From a virus, in IMG/VR virus record IMGVR_UViG_3300026097_001055, positions 32,001-96,000 of that record: 64,000 bases of DNA; one strand, given 5' to 3'. The translations under genes were made by a program, and so were the position numbers. The number at the start of each line of letters is the position of its first letter. Position 1 is the first letter of the stretch. Below, piece by piece: positions 8,029 through 16,900 of the stretch. The notes beneath the pieces are model-generated. The model worked only from the letters and a program-made list of their open reading frames with translations. It was not told the DNA's origin and made no database searches.

Positions 8029-9294
8029 ATGGCTGTTCATCAGATACTTACTCTTGTTAGTTGTTGCAATGATTTAACTCTTCAGTTTAATTATGAGCAA
8101 CCAGATTTATTTTATATTGATGAATCTACTTATTATTATAATGGTAAGTGTTTCACAGCTTATATAACTAATGAGTATCAATTTCCTATACCTATTCTAG
8201 GTCCTCAACCTACTCCTGGAGGATCTGCATTTGGTACTAATGATTATTTAGAAAATGTAGCTTATTTTCTTGAAGGCAGTGATTGTGATGATCCTTTATG
8301 TCCTGATTGTGATGAACCAGAAGCTAATTGTTATTATATAGAAAATTGTTTTGATCCTACTTTAAATTTTATTGCAATTATAAGCAATCCAGGAAGTATA
8401 CAATTAGGTTATAGTTATTCTTTTGATTTATCAAACGTAGATAATTTACCTGCTGACTATAATAATTGTTGGTTTATTGAATCAAGTGAAAATTGTAATG
8501 ATTTAACACCAACAATAGAAATTACAACAAGTTATGAATCTTGTGAAAGTTGTGCAGCTGTAGAAATACCTCCTTGTTTTAAGTTAATTGATTGTAATAC
8601 AGAAGAAGAACTAATATATTCTGGAGATTTATTAGAACAATATATTAACAAAGTTATTCAAGTTAACATAGATGGTATAATAAGATGCTTCACTGTAGAA
8701 ATTACAACATGTACAGAAGAATCATTAGAGTCACTATTTGAGAATATTGTTTTAGATTGTTTTACAGAATGTGAAAAATGTTTACCAGAATGTACATGTA
8801 CTAGAGCTAAAAATTTAGCAGGAGAACCTAGAAAACTAAGCTATATTGATTGTAATGGAGATCAAAAAGAAACAGATGAAGTTATAGGAGCTAACAAATT
8901 AAGTAAAAAATATTGTGTTCAGTACTGGACATCTCAAGATATAGAAGTAATAAATTTTGGTGATTGTGTAGATAACTCTTGTCCAGAAATACCTTTACCA
9001 AAAAGAGTTGTTACTCCAGGTTATAATACTCCTATATGTACACCAACACAATATGAAAGAATTGTCTGTAGATATGCAGAGATAAAGTATAAAGAAGTTC
9101 TTTCTAAAAGATATGGTATAGAAGATTGTTGTGATGATGAAAGTTTAGCTAATGATATAAAACATGAACTTATTCATTTACAAATGTTAGAAGATCCTGA
9201 ATATGTTTGCGTAAAAGACCCAAAAGCTTGTCCAACAAAATGCGGATATATAAGTATGAATATAGTACATGAGTGTTCTCCAGAAATAGAATAA
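8029..9294 (+). CDS. Very Cys-rich putative virion surface protein
   Basis: 421 aa with about 33 Cys in repeated CY/CF..xxC...CxxC modules. Confidence 0.65.
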   Translation: MAVHQILTLVSCCNDLTLQFNYEQPDLFYIDESTYYYNGKCFTAYITNEYQFPIPILGPQPTPGGSAFGTNDYLENVAYFLEGSDCDDPLCPDCDEPEANCYYIENCFDPTLNFIAIISNPGSIQLGYSYSFDLSNVDNLPADYNNCWFIESSENCNDLTPTIEITTSYESCESCAAVEIPPCFKLIDCNTEEELIYSGDLLEQYINKVIQVNIDGIIRCFTVEITTCTEESLESLFENIVLDCFTECEKCLPECTCTRAKNLAGEPRKLSYIDCNGDQKETDEVIGANKLSKKYCVQYWTSQDIEVINFGDCVDNSCPEIPLPKRVVTPGYNTPICTPTQYERIVCRYAEIKYKEVLSKRYGIEDCCDDESLANDIKHELIHLQMLEDPEYVCVKDPKACPTKCGYISMNIVHECSPEIE

Positions 9295-9362
9295 TAAATA
9301 ATTTATATGTATATATTAATACATATATAAGGTAATGTAATTTTAATTTAGTATATTATAAT

Positions 9363-9998
9363 ATGAAGCCTTTAAATTTAGATAAAAGTCCTTGTTCACC
9401 AGTATCTTCAAATTGTGTAATTTGGAATGGTTCTGATATTGAATGCATTGGTTTATGTAAAGGGGATACAGTTACTCAAGTTATATATAAACTTGCAGAA
9501 GAATTATGCAGCCTTATTGACATGTTTAATCTGTCTAATTATGATATTTCTTGTTTAGAATTACCATGCCCTCCTAATTCATTTGAAGAACTTATTAATG
9601 CGTTAATTCAAGCTATATGTGAAGGTGGTATTCAAGGAGAACAAGGAGAACAAGGGATAGAAGGAAAAGAAGGTCCACAAGGTTCACAAGGTATACAAGG
9701 TCCTCAAGGTAATCCTGGTCCTCAAGGTATTCAAGGTGCAACAGGACCTCAAGGAGTTCCTGGACCTGCAGGTGCTACAGGTGCTCAAGGCTTACAAGGT
9801 CCAATCGGACCTCAAGGAAATAATGGAACAAATGGTTTAGCAGGTAGAGGTGTTGCAGTATTTGTACAGAATACTACACCTGAACAAGAAGACTTTGATG
9901 CACAATATGCAGCAGTACCTGGATTTGGAGTCAACGGTATTCCTGGATCTAATACCTTTAAAGCTGGTGATTTATGGATTGAAAATTGTGAAGAATAA
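9363..9998 (+). CDS. Collagen-like fibre protein with Cys-rich N-terminal domain
   Basis: About 24 uninterrupted Gly-X-Y triplets (nt ~9627-9845). Confidence 0.85.
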   Translation: MKPLNLDKSPCSPVSSNCVIWNGSDIECIGLCKGDTVTQVIYKLAEELCSLIDMFNLSNYDISCLELPCPPNSFEELINALIQAICEGGIQGEQGEQGIEGKEGPQGSQGIQGPQGNPGPQGIQGATGPQGVPGPAGATGAQGLQGPIGPQGNNGTNGLAGRGVAVFVQNTTPEQEDFDAQYAAVPGFGVNGIPGSNTFKAGDLWIENCEE

Positions 9999-10000
9999 TT

Positions 10001-10759
10001 ATGGCTAAATACCAAATATATAACGGTACCTCATGGGTAGATATTTGTGATTGCAATACAAAAGTATTAGATTCTAATTTGGTATGGAGAGAACTTAATC
10101 CTAGAAATTGTCCTATAAGATACTATGATGGTTCTAATTGGTGTTTAGTTGAATGTGCTGCTTTAAAGTGTGGAGATAGTGTAGAATCAATAGCAGGTAA
10201 TGGTGTCTATTATATTCCTTTTACTATACCTGTTGGTATTATCAGTATAACTTTAACAGTATCAGCTTTTGGTAATCCTGATGGTTTTTCTGTAATTACT
10301 ACAGATAAAACAACTAAATTATCTAGTACAGGTTTAGTAGGCACTGCTGGTTCTTCGGGTTGGAATACTGAAACAGGAGGTTTTCCTATATTAAGTAAAC
10401 CTGTATTCTTATATGATGGTGTTAATTTCATATCTCAAGGAGTTAATGAAACTATTACATTTTATGGAGAAGGTGTAGGGGATCCTGCAGGAAGTACACC
10501 TATGAGTAATACAAACGGTCTTACAATGTATAATCCTGGTGAAACTGGTTTAGCTCCAGGTACACCTGTACCTACAGGATTACCAGAACCTAGTTTATGT
10601 ACATCTATAGATCCCGCAGCACAAAACAAATGTTATGAATTAACTTACACAAGAGTTTCATCTGTAACAGAAGAAGATGTTTTAATACAAATAGTAACAG
10701 GCAACTTTATAAGTTCAGGATGGAATTTATTCAATGTTGAATGCATACAAGAACTATAA
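10001..10759 (+). CDS. Putative fibre/receptor-binding protein
   Basis: N-terminal repeats YQIYNGTSW / RYYDGSNW typical of fibre beta-hairpins; beta-rich C-terminal domain. Confidence 0.5.
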   Translation: MAKYQIYNGTSWVDICDCNTKVLDSNLVWRELNPRNCPIRYYDGSNWCLVECAALKCGDSVESIAGNGVYYIPFTIPVGIISITLTVSAFGNPDGFSVITTDKTTKLSSTGLVGTAGSSGWNTETGGFPILSKPVFLYDGVNFISQGVNETITFYGEGVGDPAGSTPMSNTNGLTMYNPGETGLAPGTPVPTGLPEPSLCTSIDPAAQNKCYELTYTRVSSVTEEDVLIQIVTGNFISSGWNLFNVECIQEL

Positions 10760-10768
10760 TATAAAGAA

Positions 10769-11644
10769 ATGGAAAATAAATGTACACATACAGAACCTAA
10801 TTGTGGTTGCGTTGATGGACCTATGACTACTCCACCAGCATGTCCACCTTTACCTTGTCCTAATCCTCAACCTTGTTCATCTTATACAGATGCACAATGT
10901 GTGATTTACACAGGCGATGATCTAATATGTGACCAGCAAATAGTAGTAGAAAATAATGCAAATTTAAATGATATAATTATTGAATTAGTTTCAAGAATTT
11001 GTGAAGCTGCTGGTAACATTCCTCAAACAGTTGTTGTTGGCGGAAATAATATTGATGTAAGTTCTAATACTGTTGGTTCAACAACAACTTATACAGTATC
11101 TCAACCAAGTAAAATATTTTTTTATGAAGAATTTATAAGCGATATTGATATAGTTGATAATGCTCCAGCTCCGGGTCCAGATAATTACTTTTTTCCAATA
11201 GGTTATGAAATATTAACTTTTCAAAACACTTACCTTGACCCTACTGTTTTTAAAATAAATGTTTCTTATAATACAGACCTTCCAGATATTATAGGTATAC
11301 CAGATAATGCTTTAAATAACTGGGTAGATGGTGCAATTGTAACAACTCTCGGAGGAGTAGATACTATTCAGTATGAAACTTTAAGTCTAACTAATATGGA
11401 AGTATATTTATGGGATACTGTAAATAATTCTGTAATATCAGGATCTACAGTAGATACAGTAAGAACTGAGCCTGGTGATCATGCTGTTGATGTTAGATTT
11501 ACTAATCAAAAAAAACCTATAAATACTTCTTTTTTTAAAGTAGTTACGTTACAACCAGGTGAATTTGTTTCTTTAAAATTTAAAAGTAAATCAGGTTCTA
11601 TAGGTAGATTATTAAAAGCCCAAATTTTAGTAGAAGAATTGTAA
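10769..11644 (+). CDS. Putative fibre protein with Cys-rich N-terminal domain
   Basis: CVIYTGDDLIC module paralogous to that of 9363..9998; VVVGGNNIDVS..VGSTTTYTVS fibre-shaft motif. Confidence 0.55.
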   Translation: MENKCTHTEPNCGCVDGPMTTPPACPPLPCPNPQPCSSYTDAQCVIYTGDDLICDQQIVVENNANLNDIIIELVSRICEAAGNIPQTVVVGGNNIDVSSNTVGSTTTYTVSQPSKIFFYEEFISDIDIVDNAPAPGPDNYFFPIGYEILTFQNTYLDPTVFKINVSYNTDLPDIIGIPDNALNNWVDGAIVTTLGGVDTIQYETLSLTNMEVYLWDTVNNSVISGSTVDTVRTEPGDHAVDVRFTNQKKPINTSFFKVVTLQPGEFVSLKFKSKSGSIGRLLKAQILVEEL

Positions 11645-11650
11645 AAAATA

Positions 11651-11720
11651 GATCGTGGTTTTTTGGTTTTTACAACGATCAGAAACCCAAGACCCTCACT
11701 AAAGTGGGGGTTTTGTTTTT
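11651..11720 (+). ncRNA. Candidate 3'-UTR small RNA: hairpin with GGTTT-rich loop plus terminator
   Basis: GATCGT..ACGATC stem with loop GGTTTTTTGGTTTTTACA, ATCAGAAA linker, terminator hairpin. Confidence 0.4.
11688..11720 (+). terminator. Rho-independent terminator
   Basis: CAAGACCCTCACT-AA-AGTGGGGGTTTTG then T tract. Confidence 0.8.
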
Positions 11721-11732
11721 AAATTTGCATAA

Positions 11733-11764
11733 CTTGCTAATATCATTTATATTTACTATATTAA
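11733..11764 (+). promoter_or_regulatory. Putative promoter for tail operon
   Basis: CTTG, 20-nt spacer, TATATTAA, directly after a terminator and before ATG 11775. Confidence 0.5.
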
Positions 11765-11774
11765 ATATATACAT

Positions 11775-12362
11775 ATGCGTCCAAAATTTAAAATACCAGA
11801 TCTTAATGCTCCTCGTTTTTATCAACGTTCACATAACATTATTACAAAAGAATTTATAGAAAATTTTGTAAAAAAATATCCAAAGTATAAGGGTATAACC
11901 AAAAGTGAAATAAAAAAAATAGTTAAAGTTTTTAATACAAATTCTTGGAAAGAGACTTTAGAACATAGAGATGGTATAAAGTTACCAGAAAGTGTGGGTT
12001 CTTTATTTATAGGAACATGTCCTCCACCTAAAGTTCAATACAATCCAGATTATAATTTATTGCATAAAAAAAATATAGTAGCTTCTAATAAAAATTGGGA
12101 AACTGATGGTAATATAGCTAAAATATTTTTTACTTCATATAGTGAAAAATATAAATATAGATTCAGAGAGCACTGGATGTTTCATCCAGTACGAGTGTTT
12201 AAAAGAACTGTTGCTAAAGAATATCCTAAAAATTGGACTATGTTTCATAAAGTAGATCCAAAGAAAAAGCTTTCTGATCAATTTTTAAAAGCAATTAATA
12301 AAGATAAATTTGAAAGAGCATCTAAGAAAAAATTAGAAAATTATAATGATTTAGAACTATGA
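11775..12362 (+). CDS. crAss-like IHF/HU-fold tail-module protein
   Basis: Helix-helix followed by GIKLPESVGSLFI beta arm; synteny before ring/Ttub/Tstab genes. Confidence 0.5.
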   Translation: MRPKFKIPDLNAPRFYQRSHNIITKEFIENFVKKYPKYKGITKSEIKKIVKVFNTNSWKETLEHRDGIKLPESVGSLFIGTCPPPKVQYNPDYNLLHKKNIVASNKNWETDGNIAKIFFTSYSEKYKYRFREHWMFHPVRVFKRTVAKEYPKNWTMFHKVDPKKKLSDQFLKAINKDKFERASKKKLENYNDLEL

Positions 12363-13030
12363 CTACAATAGGAGAAAGTATAACTAGAGTACGTAATATA
12401 ATTAAAGCTGTAAAAGAAGATGCTTTTGTTACAGACAGACAAATCTATTACAATATTATAAAGTATGGTAGTTCTTTACTTAAGAGAGAAGACAATCAAA
12501 ACAAACTTATGAGAATGAGTAGTCTTATGACTACTTTACCTTATGTAGAATTAATTGATACAGATAAGATTGATGCTGCTTGTTTTGGGGTTTATTCGGG
12601 ATGTTTTTTTAAAAGATCAAAGGAAAAGCTACCAGCTTTTTTTCAAGGCACTTATGGACCCTTAATTAGAACAGTAACATCTATTGATGGTTCACAAAAT
12701 CTTTATCAAACAGAACCTAGTATTTTTGTTAGACTTTCTAAATCTACTAATTTTAAGTATAATAAAAAACTATATTTTTGGTATCTTAATGAATATATTT
12801 ATGTTGCAAATGTAGATTGGGATGCAATTAAAGTAGAGGGATTATTTGAAGGTTCTGTTGCAGATTTTCTCTGTCCTGATGAAAAATCTTGTGATCCTAG
12901 ACAAGATCAATTATTACCTTTTCCAGAATATCTTTTTTCTGAGATAGAACAATATGTATTAAAAGAATTTACCACGACTTTACAGTTACCTACATCAGGT
13001 GCTGATGATAGTCAAAACCCGAATAGATAA
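12359..13030 (+). CDS. crAss-like tail ring protein (gene 73-like)
   Basis: 223 aa, ATGA overlap with upstream gene; synteny. Confidence 0.5.
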   Translation: MTTIGESITRVRNIIKAVKEDAFVTDRQIYYNIIKYGSSLLKREDNQNKLMRMSSLMTTLPYVELIDTDKIDAACFGVYSGCFFKRSKEKLPAFFQGTYGPLIRTVTSIDGSQNLYQTEPSIFVRLSKSTNFKYNKKLYFWYLNEYIYVANVDWDAIKVEGLFEGSVADFLCPDEKSCDPRQDQLLPFPEYLFSEIEQYVLKEFTTTLQLPTSGADDSQNPNR

Positions 13031-13962
13031 TGGATTACAACTATACTCTTAAATACAGAACTTTTGATAATCTTCTTGATGATGTCATGGTTGATTATAA
13101 AAACTATACATTAGAAGATATGATTGAACCTGCTACACTTATTGCTGTAGTTAGGAAAATGAACTATGAGTTAGGTTTGAGAATTCAAAAAACTAATGAA
13201 GTAGTCCTTGAAGTAAGTCATGGTAAAGCAAAGTTACCCAGTAACTTCCATGTATTTAATCATGCATTATTGTGTCATGAAAGAACTGTTAATACAGGTT
13301 ATGATGTGGGTGGTACACATATACAAGAAGTACCCTATGTAGAAGTACCTCCTGTACTTGACACTTGCAATACGGGTTGTGATAATACTATTCCTACAGA
13401 ATATAATGCTGAATTGCCTTATGGTGAAACTTGTAATCCTCCAAGAGTATTTGTAAATTGTAAAGGTCAAAATTATGAGCTTATACAAGTTTTAAGTCCA
13501 TCTGAAACAATAGTATATAAACATCTTACTCCTTTAAAAATGAGACCTAATCCAGATATTGATTGTAACTGTCCTAATCTTTATTATAATAGCACTGACG
13601 AAGCTTGGATTAAACATGGCTTTTTGTATACTAATTTTACTACAGGTAATGTATATCTTAATTACCAAAGTCAAATGGAAGATGAAGAAGGAAATTTGTT
13701 AGTACCTGATCATGAGCTACTTAACGAATATTATGAATATGGTTTAAAAAGAAAGATATTAGAAACCATGTTTATGGAAGATGAAAATGTAGGTAATAAA
13801 TTACAGCTTATAGAACAAAGATATAGAGAAGCTAGAAACAAAGCAATGTCTTTAGTTAATACTCCTAACTTTGCAGAGCTTGAAGCAGTTTGGAAAATAA
13901 ACCGTAAGGCTATGTATGATAGATATTACAACATGTTTAAAAGTCATCATTCAATACATTAA
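13030..13962 (+). CDS. Tail tubular / ring protein (Ttub-like)
   Basis: AWIKHGFLYTNFTTGNVYLNY...DEEGNLLVPD motif; directly before the stabilization protein. Confidence 0.65.
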   Translation: MDYNYTLKYRTFDNLLDDVMVDYKNYTLEDMIEPATLIAVVRKMNYELGLRIQKTNEVVLEVSHGKAKLPSNFHVFNHALLCHERTVNTGYDVGGTHIQEVPYVEVPPVLDTCNTGCDNTIPTEYNAELPYGETCNPPRVFVNCKGQNYELIQVLSPSETIVYKHLTPLKMRPNPDIDCNCPNLYYNSTDEAWIKHGFLYTNFTTGNVYLNYQSQMEDEEGNLLVPDHELLNEYYEYGLKRKILETMFMEDENVGNKLQLIEQRYREARNKAMSLVNTPNFAELEAVWKINRKAMYDRYYNMFKSHHSIH

Positions 13963-13964
13963 CA

Positions 13965-16900
13965 ATGGCTAAAAAAAATAATCAAAATATAACAAGTGCT
14001 AACACAAACACCTTTATTAAAGGTCTTAATAAAGATTCTAATACAACTTTTGTACAAGAAGGTATGTGGGTTCATGCACGTAATGCAGTTAACAATACTA
14101 TTGAAGGAGATTTAGGAACTATATCTAATGAAGCTTCAAATACATTATGTGTTAGTGTATTACAAAATGCACCAGTATCTCCTTCTGCTATAAAAAAAAT
14201 TATTGGTGTTATACATTTGTTTGCAGATAAATGGGTTATTTTTAGTTCAGTAAATGATCAAGTTAATACTTCATTTTCTTTATATTCTGAAATAGGGTTA
14301 TTTGAAGAAGATGAATGTACATATAGAGTAATTGTTGAACAAGATAGATGTTTAGGTTTTAGCATGTATCATTTAATAACAGGTGCTTCTAGATTACAAG
14401 AAGATTGTTCATGGGGTGTTTACTTTTCAGATGGTAATAATCCGGATAGATACATTAACATAGGTGATCCTAAAGATTGGCCGACAGATTCTTATAATGG
14501 AAATAACTATTACGGAGCAGATAATATATTATGGCCAGGTATAGAATGGGAAGAAGATTGTGTTATTAACCAAGATGACTTAGAATGTCCTGACCCTAAT
14601 CAAGGATGTAAAGAATGTACACAACAAAATACATTAGATTGTGATAAAATTAGATTAGCTAGAGTATTTAAAACACCTTGCCTAAAACTTTCTGTTGCTG
14701 AAGAAGGTGGACAGTTAGCTAATGGTACTTATTTTGTTGTAGCTGCTTATAGTATCAAACAACAAAAAGTTACAGACTGGTTTAGTCCAAGTAATATTCA
14801 ACCATTAGCTTATGAAGAACAACCTAATGGAGCACTGAAAATAGAAGTAGATGCTGAACAAGATGCTTTTGATGAGTTTGTTTTAACTTTAGTTTCTGTA
14901 ATTAATCAACAAACTACAGCATATGAAATAGGATATTATAATACTAATACATCAACTATTATAATAGACATATTAGATCCTAGGTTAAAAGCAATACCAC
15001 TTAGAGAGTTACCTTTACAAAATCCGGTTTATGAAAAATCAGATCAAATTCTTGAAGTAAATAACTATTTATTAAGAGTAGGACCTACCTCTAAGTTTGA
15101 TTTTAACTATCAGCCTTTAGCTAATCTTATAGAAGCTAATTGGGTATCTGTAGAATATGATGCTGACTATTATGTTAAGCAAGGATATAAACCTTCTTAC
15201 ATGAGAGATGAAGTGTATTCTTTCTTTATAAGATGGGTATATGATACTGGTGACAAATCATCATCTTATCACATTCCCGGTAGATCTCCTGAAACAATTA
15301 CAATTCCTTGTACAGAAACTACACAATTAGAATGTGAAACTATAGAACCTAATCATAATGTTATAGTAACTGGAGAAAAAGTATTTGAGGTATTTAATAC
15401 AGCTACTATAACAGATCCTACAGTTAGTACATTAGAAGATGGTGGTAAAGTAATTGCTAAAGGTAAAATGGGCTATTGGGAATCTAGTGAAATATATCCT
15501 TCTGATAAAAAAGAAATATGGAATTCAGCTTCTTATTGTTGGACAGGAACAACAGATCCTAAATATAATCTTTGTGGTAAATACATAAGACATCATAAGT
15601 TTCCTGAGCAAGGTACAGGACCGCAAGTACATCATTATTTTAATGATAATAATGATATGAAAATAAGATTGTTAGGAGTACAATTTGATAATATCATCTT
15701 ACCTAAAGATAATGATGGTAATGATATTCCGGGTATTGTGGGTTATGAAATATTAAGAGGTTCTAGAGCTGGTAACAAATCTATTATTGCTAAAGGTATG
15801 CTTAATAATATGAGACCTTACAATAATATACAGTCTTCTAATACAGGAGTAGAACAAAAAAGTTTATATCCTAATTATCCTTTTAATACAATAATTCCTA
15901 AAAATCCTACTAATGGTACAGCTGAAGGAACACTTAATCCTTCAGGGCAAGCTAATGATCCTTATATTATTAATGTAGAACTAGAAAACTCAGGTGGTGT
16001 TTTTAACCCTCTTAAATTAAAAGAAAGAAATGTTGAATTAACAGACATTCCTAAAAACATTGTCAGTTTTCATTCTCCTGATACAAACTTTATAACACCT
16101 AGAATAGCTACAGGAGAATTAAAAACTTATGGTTATTTACTTGGTCAATGCTCTCAGAATTTTGTTGAGCCTGATAAACATCCTAAACATAAGCTTTTAA
16201 ACAACAAAGTATTTTATGCAATGCTTGTAGGGGCTCTTGTTAAAATGATAGTAGATACTAGTGGTAAAGTAACTATTAAAAGACCTAAAGCAGTAGCTGG
16301 AACAGGATTAGGTGGTGACACAGGAAATGCTGCAACGGTAGCAGCTTCTAGTATTTTTACACCTGCATATACAGCAGCTAAAACTGCTTATAATCAAGCA
16401 CAAGAAAACTTTTTAAATAAACTAGCTCCTGGAGACCCGTCAGCCGTTGCAGCTTTAAATAATTTATTGGGTGTAATAAATACAGCATCTCTTTCTGGTG
16501 TTACCACAGCTACTACAAATAATGATGAGATAACTACAGAAGGAGGTTTGAAAAATATATTCCCTGGATTATCTAATATAGCTATTCAAACAGCTGCTGT
16601 TATAAACACCTATACTTTAAGCTGGACTCAAGGTGCTGGTGATGCTATTCAAATACTTAGAACTCTTACACCTTATAGACAATATGCATTACAGATGCAA
16701 GCTCATGGTTTTTATGATGAATTTAAACCTATAGATTGTTCTAAAAGAACAAGATTTACAATTGACTCAGCTTTATATTTAAAAAAGAATTCTAAACAAC
16801 AACTTAAAAAAGATGCTGATGATGTAACATATGTAGTGAATAATTTACTACGTCAAAGAACAGTTGTTATAAATACAAGAAGCACAACTAGTGATGCGGA

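Noticed and set aside
9301-9330. AT-only inverted repeat TATATGTA...TACATATA
   Set aside because: Low-complexity TA-rich sequence; palindromes are expected by chance
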